A DNA stretch of 64,000 bases. Source: Cyanophora paradoxa CCMP329. Its lineage: Eukaryota; Plantae; Glaucophyta. Position 1 is the first letter of the stretch, and every line of letters begins with the position of its first letter. Below, piece by piece: positions 1-12,900 of this stretch. The translations under genes and the position numbers were made by a program. Below the pieces are notes generated by a model. That model saw only the letters and a list, made by a program, of their open reading frames with translations, did not search any database and was not told where the DNA came from. The stretch is from assembly GCA_004431415.1 (NCBI GenBank), contig QPMI01000408.1, positions 434,001 through 498,000 on the forward strand. Direction: 5' to 3'.

Positions 1-3000
1 CCGCAGATGCCAAGATCGCCAAATATCTCGGGTTCCCTCTGGAGCTAGTGCATGACCGGTTTTGGAATAAAAAGACTGCTGCTCTCGTTCTGCGCGCACA
101 GTCAGTTAACCGGAATCGGATGCCTCTACGCTCTGGTGTTTTACTTGCGTGGGCTGCTATTGTGGGATCACTACATTATCCGCTGTATATTTTAGAACCG
201 GGAGGTGATCGTTATAAAGCTTGGAGTAATTTAATCCGCAACTTTTCGGGTGTACGCGGCTCCGTATCTACATATGTTACGGCGCTTCCGTTTAAAGACG
301 GTGGATTAAATTGCCCAGATATTGTTACGTTTTCGCTGGCTTTAAAATCTAAATGGCTTGCCTTCCTTAACGACCCGGCCTGTTCAGCTCCTTGGAAGGA
401 ATATATTCAATACCAAATAGACCGTCAGTTGGCTCCATTCTCTTATGCTAATGTCATTTTGGGGCTTGATGTGTCTGCCATCTTGCCAAGATTGCATTTG
501 CCACCGCTTTGGCAGATGCTGTTTGAGGCGTGGCGAGATCGTCAAGCCGTTGCATCTCCTACAACCGTGCATCAAATTTTGACCCAGCCTATTTTTCTTA
601 ATCCTTTATATGTTCTTCCTAGTGACATTGCAGCACAGACACATACTGAGTTTGCGAGAGCCGGTGTACAGCGCGTCGCTGACATTTGGGATGTACAGTT
701 GCACCGATTTCGTGCTCCCCCTGCAATGCTAGTTGATTATACTGCTGCCTTTGATCAAATTTGTCGTGCCCTGCCATCCAGTTGGCTTACAACGCTTACT
801 GCTAATGCCGTACCGGAACGTTTCTTATGGTATAAATCGAAAGATGATAAATATGTGTATCTGAGGGGTCCCTCGGGCTTTTTTGTGGCCTTCCCTCTTT
901 TTGAAGGTGAGATTGTCCCACGGGTGTTGGATTTCGTCCCGTGGCCCCGTGGCCGCCCTCCAGATCCGCTCTTGTACCCTGGCGTACCAGCTGGCCTCTT
1001 GCCGCTTCATGTGCTCTCCTCCCAGTATTTTATTTCTTTGCGCAGAGGTTCGCGTCCAATTCTGGTTTCGCTTGGCACGGGTTCGACAGCTACGCTTTCC
1101 TACAGCAATTTTGCTTTCACATTCGATAAGATGCTCACGCTTCAGGGCTTTTCTGTTCGGCGCTTTTACCAGCTCGAGGTACAGCGACTGTGGCGGGTGC
1201 GGAGTAGGGCTAAGATGCCTTCAGAACACTGGGGTCTGGATCTCCCTCTTAATCGCGTGTCTCAGCTCGTCGCCCTTCGTGCCTTTCCTATGCTGTGGCT
1301 CGATGTCCTCTTCCGTCTCCGATATAAGGCTTTCCCATCTTTACAACGGCCGCCGGTCGCGGCTATTTTTTGCCGCGCTTGTAATGATGGGCAGCATCGT
1401 TCAGTGCGGCACGTTTTCTTTGATTGCCCTGTGGTGCAGGGTTTTTGGCGGGCCATGCATGCTGAGCTCACATCCTTAGCAGAGGCTTTGCCCGAGGACG
1501 TGCAGCCCTCTTTACCATTGCCTCCTATTACGTTCTCCGCTATTCTAGATCCACAAGTTCCCGGTGTTGCGGGGACATTGATCACATCTTCTGTGGATGC
1601 CGATTTCTGTGTTCGGTATCTCGGTTATATTTTGGCGGGCATTTACGCAATTTTTCAGCTGTCCCGTGCATATCTCTCACCCGATAATTTACTTGCTGAG
1701 CGGGTACCAGTGTACTCCGTTAATGCTCTGCTAAACCTGTGGAAACGTTTTCTGGATATTCTCGAGATTACGTTGCCTCCTGCTGTCGAGCGCATTGAGC
1801 TTCTTCGTTTACGGCATTTAGGGGAGGGCTCTGATTACGATGGTTCAAACCCTGAGTCACGTGACCGCCCTAGCCCCCCTCAATCTATTTTTGATGCGAG
1901 CTTCTTTTCTGTGCGCGGAGCTATCCCTCTACAGCGCTCGGGCCCCCCAGCAGTCGCGGTCCCGGGCCCCCCTACAGTCGCTACCCCTAGGCCTGCTACT
2001 ACAGTTAATGGCGTCGGCGTGAATCCTCAAGTTCAGCACATTGCGAGGCCATCTGCTAGCGCTGATACAGCTTCGGTCCCGGCTCCCTCGAGTTCTCGTT
2101 TGAGCTCGTCTGCCGATGCTAGCGCTAGCGCCGCTTCTGCCTCCACATTAATATGCCCTATTTGTGGGAAGAACTTTCAGTCTTCTGCTGATCGTGACCG
2201 TCATGTTCGGGCTGATAAACATCCTGCTAACGCCCGTGGCGTTCGCCGACCTCGAACCCCTCTAGTTCAGAGAATCCTCCAGATCCTGTGCCTCCTGCCC
2301 AGCGCCCCCGCCTCCAGTCTCCGGATCCGGCACCCCCAGTGCTTGCTCCAGCTCCTGCAGCTGCGGCTACATATGCCGAGCCCCGTCAGCCTGTTCCGAC
2401 TTTGCGACGGATTCGCTCCCCTGCACCCTCACCGTCGCCACCTGCTCAGCGGCTCCGTACTTCCCTGCCCCCCCCTAGTCCTTCTCTGATACCTTCCGTT
2501 TCACGAATCCGCCGCCCCCGGTCTCCGTCGAATTCAACCTTGCCTCCCGATGCCGATCCGTCCCCTGTCCATGTGTCTCGGCGCCTGCGGCTTTCCTCTC
2601 CTGTACCTTCGGCTTCCGGGGGATCCCCTCTGGCTGTCCCGCCAGATCCACCTCGCCCGCCGGTTCCTGCATGGCCCCCTTTGATTCATGATAGTCTTGT
2701 ATCAATCTTCGCTTCACCTCAACTTAGTTTACCCTCAGTTGTTTTGCCGTCACCTCCATCAGATGCTTCATCGATGTTAGTTAGGAGCACTGGCCCCCTC
2801 CACCTTCCAGTTCCTCGTGTATTCCATGCCTTCCCTGTACCTTTGATTCCGTTCCCTTTGTCGTTAGCTCTGCCTCTTCCTCCTCCATCTCTCACTGTTA
2901 GCCCTCAGGCAGTTCCGCCTCTTTATCTTCAGCGACCGTCAGACCGTATAGTTTTTGGCAGCGAGTATTTTGTGTATGGTGACGTTCCTCGTGTGTACCC

Positions 3001-3555
3001 TTCTCTCTCTTCTACTTCGCTATATTTGCCTCTCCCGCCTGGTTCAGCCCCATCGTCTGCCTTCCCTGTCACTACTGGCTTGCGTTTCGCCCCTCCTCTT
3101 ATACTGCCGATTCCGAGTCTGCACCCGAGCTCTGCCCCTTTCCTCGTGTCGTCCCCAGTTCCTCAGATTAGTCTTCAGCCGTCCATTGTTTTACCAACTC
3201 TACAATCTCGATTCCGTTTAGACACTCCGCCAGCTTCGACTTTCCCCTCTAGTGGTGTCCTACGTTTCGCCTCTCCTACTGTTCTACCGCCTTTGCCTCC
3301 TGCGACTACGTCTTCTAGTTCTGCTGTTAGCTCTGTCTTGTCGTCTTCGTCTAGATCTTCGTCTTCGACTGTAGTTCCTCGTGCTCGTTCTCCTTATTTG
3401 CTGCGTCCCCGTGCTCCTCGTCGTTCTAGTGTGACTAGTACTTCTGCATCGACGCCCTTGAGCTCTTCTACTCCTTCTCCTCGTGCTCGTTCTCCTTATC
3501 TTTTGCGTTCTTCTGATCGTGTCCTTTCTCGTGATCCCTCTTGATTCTGTATATA
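1..3555 (+). mobile_element. Non-LTR retrotransposon (L1/Tx1-like LINE), 3' part; runs off the window start and lacks its last ~100 nt and poly-A
   Basis: Intronless and lower in GC than host genes. Frame open from window start: KYLG (end of RT domain), GGLNCPD post-RT motif, and a CCHC zf-RVT finger CRAC...RSVRHVFFDCPVVQGFW. Homologous copies at 3626-5468, 19185-19232 and 39657-39876. Confidence 0.88.
3..3544 (+). CDS. LINE ORF2 C-terminal part: RT thumb, zf-RVT, C2H2 finger, Pro/Ser-rich tail; apparent 1-nt frameshift in the C-run near 2257-2260
   Basis: ORFs 48..2489 and 2288..3544 overlap. The minus-strand copy has one more C at this site and reads through (RPRTPSSSENPPDP), so the frames join into one ORF ending at TGA 3542-3544. 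Confidence 0.7.
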
Positions 3556-3625
3556 CGTTATTAATAAGACGTTATTAATAACGTTATTAGTAACATTATA
3601 ATAATATATTATTAACATTATATAA
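3556..3625. repeat. AT-rich palindromic filler between the two LINE tails
   Basis: Repeated cgttatta(a/g)taa; perfect palindromes acgttattaataacgt (3569-3584) and ataatatattat (3601-3612). Confidence 0.75.
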
Positions 3626-5468
3626 TTTTTTTTTTGAGAGACTACGGTGGGGCGAACCCCCCGTAGGTAGTGATATTAAAGACAACAAAGCAATCACAAA
3701 TCAAAGATACAGTAAACTAGCACAAAATATATACAGAATCAAGAGGGATCACGAGAAGGGACACGATCAGAAGAACGCAAAAGATAAGGAGAACGAGCAC
3801 GAGGAGAAGGAGTAGAAGAGCTCAAGGGCGTCGATGCAGAAGTACTAGTCACACTAGAACGACGAGGAGCACGGGGACGCAGCAAATAAGGAGAACGAGC
3901 ACGAGGAACTACAGTCGAAGACGAAGATCTAGACGAAGACGACAAGACAGAGCTAACAGCAGAACTAGAAGACGTAGTCGCAGGAGGCAAAGGCGGTAGA
4001 ACAGTAGGAGAGGCGAAACGTAGGACACCACTAGAGGGGAAAGTCGAAGCTGGCGGAGTGTCTAAACGGAATCGAGATTGTAGAGTTGGTAAAACAATGG
4101 ACGGCTGAAGACTAATCTGAGGAACTGGGGACGACACGAGGAAAGGGGCAGAGCTCGGGTGCAGACTCGGAATCGGCAGTATAAGAGGAGGGGCGAAACG
4201 CAAGCCAGTAGTGACAGGGAAGGCAGACGATGGGGCTGAACCAGGCGGGAGAGGCAAATATAGCGAAGTAGAAGAGAGAGAAGGGTACACACGAGGAACG
4301 TCACCATACACAAAATACTCGCTGCCAAAAACTATACGGTCTGACGGTCGCTGAAGATAAAGAGGCGGAACTGCCTGAGGGCTAACAGTGAGAGATGGAG
4401 GAGGAAGAGGCAGAGCTAACGACAAAGGGAACGGAATCAAAGGTACAGGGAAGGCATGGAATACACGAGGAACTGGAAGGTGGAGGGGCCAGTGCTCCTA
4501 ACTAACATCGATGAAGCATCTGATGGAGGTGACGGCAAAACAACTGAGGGTAAACTAAGTTGAGGTGAAGCGAAGATTGATACAAGACTATCATGAATCA
4601 AAGGGGCCATGCAGGAACCGGCGGGCGAGGTGGATCTGGCGGGACAGCCAGAGGGATCCCCCGGAAGCCGAAGGTACAGGAGAGGAAAGCCGCAGGCGCC
4701 GAGACACATGGACAGGGGACGGATCGGCATCGGGAGGCAAGGTTGAATTCGACGGAGACCGGGGGCGGCGGATTCGTGAAACGGAAGGTATCAGAGAAGG
4801 ACTAGGGGGGGGCAGGGAAGTACGGAGCCGCTGAGCAGGTGGCGACGGTGAGGGTGCAGGGGAGCGAATCCGTCGCAAAGTCGGAACAGGCTGACGGGGC
4901 TCGGCATATGTAGCCGCAGCTGCAGGAGCTGGAGCAAGCACTGGGGGTGCCGGATCCGGAGTCTGGAGGCGGGGGCGCTGGGCAGGAGGCACAGGATCTG
5001 GAGGATTCTCTGAACTAGAGGGGGTTCGAGGTCGGCGAACGCCACGGGCGTTAGCAGGATGTTTATCAGCCCGAACATGACGGTCACGATCAGCAGAAGA
5101 CTGAAAGTTCTTCCCACAAATAGGGCATATTAATGTGGAGGCAGAAGCGGCGCTAGCGCTAGCATCGGCAGACGAGCTCAAACGAGAACTCGAGGGAGCC
5201 GGGACCGAAGCTGTATCAGCGCTAGCAGATGGCCTCGCAATGTGCTGAACTTGAGGATTCACGCCGACGCCATTAACTGTAGCAGCAGGCCTAGGGGTAG
5301 CGACTGCAGGGGGGCCCGGGACCGCGACTGCTGGGGGGCCCGAGCGCTGTAGAGGGATAGCTCCGCGCACAGAAAAGAAGCTCGCATCAAAAATAGATTG
5401 AGGGGGGCTAGGGCGGTCACGTGACTCAGGGTTTGAACCATCGTAATCAGAGCCCTCCCCTAAATGCC
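3626..5468 (-). mobile_element. 5'-truncated copy of the same LINE with intact 3' UTR, terminal hairpin and poly-A
   Basis: 3728-5468 is the near-identical reverse complement of 1813-3555. Poly-T at 3626-3635 is the poly-A tail. Homology ends abruptly at 5468. Confidence 0.9.
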
Positions 5469-6925
5469 ATTTTCCAGGTTATTAGTAATTCCATCACTGG
5501 CTCCAAGGCCCTGAGGCTGAGGGCAGGCTGAGGGCCTGAGGCCCGCGCCATCATTTAACGTTTAACCGCAGGTGCAATTGGCGCGGAGGCCCGGAGGGCC
5601 GGAGGCCGTGACACACTCAATTGAGATTCAAAGATTCAGAGTTCGAACTGATTCGAGTGACCCGTTGTGGGAACTTGTCGGGAGTCGGGACTCGCCGAGT
5701 CGGAAGTTGTGGCTCGAAGCCTCCGATCGCGAGGCTCGCGAACCGACATTTACATGACAGCGAGTCGATCGCGAGCGCTGCGCATGCTGTCGGTACTACC
5801 TGGTAGTACTGCATACGTAAACGTAGGAATCTTCGACAGCGTCTTTATCAACTTGCCAAGTTGCAATTGGCAACTTGCAAGTTATTTCGTCTGTATTCGT
5901 CAGACCTGCACTGTGACGAATATTTGCATGATTCTCTTGAACGGAAATTTTGCATGGAGAGGGGTACTAACGGCTGACCCGTCCATTGCGGAGTCGCGGG
6001 GCTGACGAAAATTTGATGCTGTCGAACCATATTTTCGTCACGATTTTCGGGTTTTGTCGAAATTAAGTCTCGATGAAAATTTCTACGTTTACAGTACGCG
6101 TACCCCTTATCAAGCTCCCTCCTGCACGCGCGCATGCAGTGCGCCGCGCAGTGCGCGCACTAGTGAGTCTAGTGACACGTGCACGGTGACGTCGACTCTG
6201 CAGAGTCTGCACTGACTCAGTGAGTCTGCGCATGCAGGCGCTGCATGCAGGCTCTCTGCCGCAGTGCCAGCTGCAGGCTGCCACTGCCTGCCAGCCTATA
6301 GCTAGGGCCTGTGCCAGGCTGCGCATGCAGCTGAGAGCCGCTGAGCGTTGCCGCAGCCTGGCAGTGCATGCGCTATATATGCGCATGCGTACTGCGGTAT
6401 GCGGCGCCATGCGCGCGCGCATGCGCCGCGGCGCCGCTGCCGCAGTGCGCATGCCACAGCCGCTAGCGCTGAGCCTGCCAGCTGCAGGCTGTGCCAGGCT
6501 CTGCCAGCGCTAGCGCACGCGTACGTCGGCCCCATATGCATCGATATCTTCGAATTCGCGCCGCGGCGATCACGATCCAGGGAATCGGCAGGGATCCGGA
6601 CCAGAGTCGCGCGCTGGTCCGACGGTACCGGTCATGATCAAGATCGATATCTCAGCGAAGCAGGTAGCCTAGTCTAATCTGCTGACGGTGCGCGGCCGCG
6701 GCCGGTCATGCCTGCAATTGCAACTGGCAAGTACTCTAGAGCGCCACAGCTGAGTGCGCAGTGCCGTGCAGGCTCAATTGCAAGCTTAAGCGGCCGCGGG
6801 TTGTAGCCGGCGCGCGCGCCTGTAGGCTTCATCATGAGAGGCGCGCGCGGGGACGCGCCGTGGCGCGCGTCTTAAGCTTCATGCACCAAAGGCCCACCGC
6901 GGCGGCCCTGGATGTCCTGCGACGA

Positions 6926-9900
6926 ATGGAGGGCGGCCGCGGGCTTCCAGCGGCTGGCGATGACCCCTTGCCGCTGCGCGCGCGCCGCTCCTCGGGCGGG
7001 AGCGCCGACTCCTCGGCAGACTCGGCACGGGGCCCCACCCAGCGCGCCAGCATCTTCTCCAGGCAGTCCATCGAGCAGAGCTTCTTCGGTGATCGCCCGC
7101 CTCGCCGCGCGCGCGCGCCGCGCCCGCGGCCGGCCGCGCCATCGATCTCTATGTGCTTATAATATGGTCGTTCCGGATCCTCCGCAGCGGTTCTCTTCGG
7201 TGCGAATGTGCCCCGGCTCCTTGGCCTTGGATTGCTGAGGCACTCGGCGCTCGCCGAGTCGCTGAGAGGCTGGCTTCTCGCCGCAGTCATGCGGAGCAAA
7301 GGCGGGAGCGGGGGCAGGGCCAAGCTCCTGCTGGAGCTCACAATCGTCCTGCTCGGTCCGCCAAATTTGCGACCGCCAATATTAATTATAATCGATATCC
7401 GGCTCGGCGCGGGGACAGCGTTGCTCTGTTTGAATATTTATTTATATCCTAACTGACCATATGCACGGCCTTCCTTCGATTCTGCACAGACTGGATCCAG
7501 GCGAGCGGGGACGCCGGCGCGCGCCGCCGCTCCCGCGCGCGCGCCCTCACGTGCACGGCCCGTGTCGCAGATTCTCGCCTTCGTGTCGGACGGCGCCCGC
7601 TTCGGCTGGCACCCGATCCCCTGGCTCGGCGACTCGCTGCGGGTCCGCCGCCCCCCCCAGGCCCGAGCCGTCGGCCCGGCCCGCCCCTGAATTCTCGCAT
7701 GCGCAGCCTCTCTTCGAGGTCGTGCCGGGGCGCTTCGTGGCGATCCGGGGCTACAGCACCTACCTCGCCTTCTTCGCCGTGGTCGTCGCCGCGATAGGCG
7801 CCGCGCTCGCCAACTCCCTCTGGGTCCTCCACGCCTTCCAGATCAACGAGGTGGCGGCGGCCCGCTGGACGGCCGCGCGCGCCTGCATCGGCCTCCGTCT
7901 CATGCGCGCGGTCGCTCCCCCGCGCAGTTCAAAGCGCTTTGGCCCGTGAAGACCCTCAAGCTCGTCGTCTCCGTCTTCTTCAAATGTGCGCCCCGCAGCT
8001 GCCAGCTGCAGCCGTCGGCCCCCGCGCCTTTGACGGGCCGCCTGACGCGCACGCCCCGCGGGCAGCCTTCTACCTGTCCTCCCTCAACATCCTCCTCATG
8101 TCCCTCGACTGGTGCCCGCCCCCTTCCGGCCGCGGCCGCCTCTACCGCCCCCCCTGATCATGAGCGGCCCCAGCTCCTACTTCGACTCGAGCTCCGCGCC
8201 TCGCTTCCACCTGACCCGCTTCCCCGACGTGGCCTGCTGGGTCCGCCCGCGCCGCCCGCCGCGCCGCGCCGGCCGTGCGGGCCCTGAGCCTCCGCAGGGC
8301 TTCCCGAACGCCCTCGTAGCGGTCGTCTCCATCGCGGGCGCCCTCTGCGTCCTCGGCTTCGCCCTCTCCGTGCGCCCCGGCCCGCCGCGCCGCCCCCGCG
8401 ATTGCGGGCCGTCCCCTCGTGGCGACCGTCGGAGGGCGTTCGAATTTCGGAAATTCGCGCAGCTGGCGATCATCGACCTGGACCCGAACCCGTACACGAA
8501 GGACGCGCTCAGCACCGCCACGGCGCACGCCACCTTCTACGGTCCGCCCCCGCGCCCGCCCGCTCGGGATCGATCGATATCGCACTAGAACTGATCGCGG
8601 GCGTCGCCGGCGTCAGGCTCGGCGTGCCGGGCGCTGCTGGCGGTCCTCGTGCTCGTCTTCCGCAGCGTGCCGGCGCTGGTGGCCCTCTCCGTCTTCGCCG
8701 TCTCCGGCTACCTTTTCCTCTCCATCGCCTTCTACCTCCCCTAGTCCGTCCTTCGATCCCGACGCTTTGTTTCCATTAATATTGTCCCTCGCCCTCTGAC
8801 GGCCCCGCAGCTACGCCTCCTTCATGAACGAGCTGCGGGCCGCCCTGTACGCGACCTGCGCCTGGGCGGCCGTCTGCGCCTTTGCCGTCTCCGTCGCCCC
8901 CTCGGGCTCCAGCGTGGGCGTCACGGTCGCCCTTTTCGCGGGCGGGGCCGTCGCGGCCGTCGCGGGCTGGCGCGCCACCGCCTTCCGCCTAGGCCGCCTC
9001 TCGAACCCGGCCCGCATCGCCTACAACCCTTCCATGGGCTACACCGTCCGGGGCCGCTACCGCCGTCCGCACGAGGTGGAGGTGGCGGCGCGCTTCGTGC
9101 GCGGCTTTGCGTCGCGCGCGTGGGGCGAGGACACGAGCAAGCAGCAGGAGGACGCCATGGCCCTCGAGAAGGCCATCATGCAGGTCCACGCCCGCCCTTG
9201 AGCTTTATTTTCTTTTGCAACGGCGGGCCGCTCACAATCACGTGCGCTTTCCTGCGCCGCTGCAGGCGGACGCGGTGTACCAGCACGGCCTGCGCTGCTT
9301 CGCCAAGTCGGCCAGCGTCTACCTCGCGTACGCGAACTTCCTCCGCACCTACTCCAACAACGCCCAGGTCAGCGTGGCAGAGTCGCGGGATTCTGGCAGA
9401 CTTTGACGGGCCGCGATCGGCGGGGCAGGTAGAGAGCACGTACGTCGACGCGGCGCGGCACCTGCCGCTGGACTTCTCGATGCGCTTCGCGGTCTTCCGG
9501 AAGGACCGGGAGCGGGAGTCGAGCGCGACGACGGGGGCTGACGGCGCGATGGACCTCGTCTCGTTCGTCGAGTTCCAGAACCGCTTCCGCCTCGCAAAGG
9601 AGGGCCACTCGCGGGCGCTGCGCACGACGCGCCTCTTCTGGCGCAGCCTCCTCGAGGACGACGACGCCACCGCCCTCCTCAAGGTCCCCGCCCCCCGCTC
9701 GTCCCCCGCCGACGCTTCAATTTCCGCCTCAATTTCCGCGCAGATATCGGAGGCGATGCGGCTCGTGGACGCGTACGAGACGCAGGCCGAGAAGAACTAC
9801 CTGGTGCCTCCCCTCTCGCCGCTTGGCGCCGCTTGTGATCATGATGAGGTCCGTTAATTATAACGCGACGGCGGCAGGCGCTCATCGAGAAGCACCCGAC

Positions 9901-12900
9901 CTCGACGCGCCTGCTTCGCGCCTACGGCTCTTTCGTCGAGACCGGTGCAATCGTCTCTTCCGCCACACGGCCGCGCTGCCAGCTTCTACGACCTCTAGAC
10001 CTGACCTCTTCTGCAGTCAAGAACGACGTGCACGGGGCGGACGAGTACTTCCAGCGAGCGGACGCTCTGGAGGAGGAGCAGTCCAGGAAGACGGCGTGCG
10101 TCCTTGATCATATATATGCATGAGCGTGTTGCAGCGCTCTTCTCTTTGCGCTTCGCTTTAATGGGGTCGATATCGATCGCCGCGAACGCGAGCAGGGCGG
10201 TGGCGCGGCAGGGGTACGAGAACTCGACGGACGCCGTCGTGGTGATGAACGCCGAAGAGATCATCACATCCGTGAACGCAGTCGCGTGCAAGATGTGCGT
10301 GGCTCTCTTTCTGTGGAACATTTTTGTCTATACATTCAACAGGGGTGATTGTGCCCTGACAGGTTTGGCTATCGCAAAGCGGAGATGGTCGGCAAAAAGG
10401 CGCGACTCTTTCTCTGTTGCTTTCACCCATGCCACGGCGACAACGGCCCTTTCAATGGCGCTCCCATAACCTCCTAGCAGATCACGATTCTGATGAGCAG
10501 CCCGTTCAAGGAGCGCCACTACAGCTACGTGCGATCCTACCTGCGCACGGGCGTCGCGAAGGTAACGCTGGGAAAGAGTATGGCAACGCCGGCGTTCCGC
10601 CCCGCCCGACGCGGGTGCCGCAGGTGGTGAACGTGGCGCGCGAGATCCCGGCGCTCCACCGCGACGGCCACCTCTTCCCCATCCGCCTGTGCGTGCACGC
10701 GGGATCTGCGTTTGATATATATATGTATAGAATACATACTATGATATCAGCCGCCAGCTTCCCCGTCTTAAGCTTTCTGCTCGCCCCCCTGATCATGAGG
10801 CGTCTGATGCGTTCTGCCTATGCGCACCAGCTTCGTGACTCGTATCGACTTCTCTGGCTTGCCTGTGTTTGTCGGGTCCCTCCGACGCCTCCCCGATGAG
10901 GTGCGGTTTTAAATTCGATGATCAAATTAAAGCCCAGGACCGGATGCAGTGCTCCCATATGCATCTTCGCCAGCTGGTCACGAGCCCCCGCAGAAACCGT
11001 TTCTGCTGGCGGACGCGGCGGGGCGCGTGTGCGGCTGCAACAAGCTCATGGCGGAGCTGTACGGGTACGGCGTCCTCGAGTTCGGCCGTCGCGTCACGCA
11101 CGTCCGGGTTCGCGGCACCCTATAGCTAGGCCTCGCTCTCGCTTCGTGAGGCGTCCCTGATCATGAGCGGGCGCATGCAGGACCTGGTCACGCCGCGCTT
11201 CGTCCCTCTGCTCGCTCCGCAGCAGCAGCACGGCCTCGGGTGGATGGCCGGCCTCGGGTCGCCTATCGCGCCCGTGGCCGGCGCCGTCGCTGGCCTCTCC
11301 CGAACCGTCAGCAACAGCGACGGGCCTTCGTACCAGTTCCATTTCGAAGGCGAAGGCCCCGAAAGGAGCCCGCCCCGGACCGCGCTTGCGCAAAGAACAA
11401 CGAACTCTGCAGCTGGGGGACAGCCGCTGAGCCCCGCGGAACTGGTCTCGAGCCCCGAGCGCAATCGGGAGAGGCCGCAGACCCGCCCCTTCCTTCGCGT
11501 CGACATCAACGCCGCGCGCAACGCCGACTTCGTGTACAGGATGGACGAGATGGTGCCTCGCCCCGTTCGCCTCCGCCGTGTGCATCTTTGCCCTGACGTC
11601 GGTGCAGGGCAACTACGAGGTGGAGGGCGTGTCGCACGACGGGTGCGCTCGCGTTCGCGCTGTGCGCCACTCGTGATCGCAGTGCACGCTCACGTTCGGG
11701 CGGGCCAGGGCTGTCTTCTCGGTCTCCGCAAAGCTGCAGCGTATGTTCGAGGGAGACCACACGGTGCCCGGCGGCCTGCGCTTCCCATTTACATGGCCAG
11801 CCATCGCTCATCGCTCAGCCTTCGCGCGCCCAGGTCCTCCTGGTGACCATGAGGGCGCGCGAGGAGGCGGATCCGGAGGGCGTCGTCACGATCGACGACG
11901 CCGGGCGCATCAAGTCGGTCAACCGCCACCTCTGCGACATGTTCGGGTTCGCCCGCCGCCCCTTGCGACGCGGACGCTAGCCTCGGCCCTCATTACGAGG
12001 CGGGGGCAGGTACACGCCGCGGGAGCTGGTTGGCGAGCGCGTCGAGATGCTCATGCCGGCCCCCTTCTCCTCCTACCACCAGAAGTGCCCTCCCTTCCAA
12101 TTCCATCCGCCGCGTCGTGAGAAACGGCTTGAGGCTTATTGAGCGCATCATGATCACAGGTACATCAGAAGCTACCTCGAGACGGGCCGGGCCCGCTTGA
12201 TCGGCAAGGCTCGAGCAATGGAGGCCCTTCACAAGGACGGATCCTCGTTCCGCACGCGGCTCCTCGTCAGCCGCTGCGACGTCGACGGGCGCACTCTCTT
12301 CTGCGGAAGCTTCACGAAGGTGCCTCCAACTGCAGTGTCGGCCGCTATCTCTGTGCGTACGTATACCAAACGGGGGCAGGTCGCGCCGGCGGATGCGGCG
12401 GGGGAGGAGGACATCGACGTCACCATCGACCAGCACGGCATCATCCAGGCGAGACGCACCCGTCGTCCGCGTGGCCTCCCGGACTGACGGGATTCGAGCG
12501 CCGCAGAGCGTGCGGGGGCCGTTCATGGGCGCTTTTGGTCACAGATTGGGGGACGTTCTCAAAAGAAGTGTTAATATGCTGATGCCGAGTGCGCAAACGC
12601 CCGATCCTCTCGCGATCGTCGCACACATGCACATTCAAGTGGCTAACGCTCAGCGGCTAACGTCTGCGGTTGTCCAGAGCCACACGCGGAGAAGCACGAC
12701 GAGTACATCCAACGGTACCTGGCGGACCCCTCCAAGTCCCGAATCATCGGCACGGGCGGCCGCTCCGTCGAAGCCCTGGTGCGCTTTGGAATGTGTTGAG
12801 GATCGAGGGCCGGGCGGCATGGTCTGCGATTTTAAAATTTACCCCCACGCAGAACAAGAGCGGGGCGCTGTTCCCCATCCACCTGGAGGTGTCCCGCAAC

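Noticed and set aside
2250-2290. Programmed frameshift in LINE ORF2
   Set aside because: The second copy is in frame here, and 1-nt C/G-run indels also differ between the other duplicates, so sequencing error or decay is more likely.
1-5468. Twin-priming inversion of a single LINE insertion
   Set aside because: Twin priming gives non-overlapping inverted segments; here the same 1.74 kb is present twice, tail to tail.
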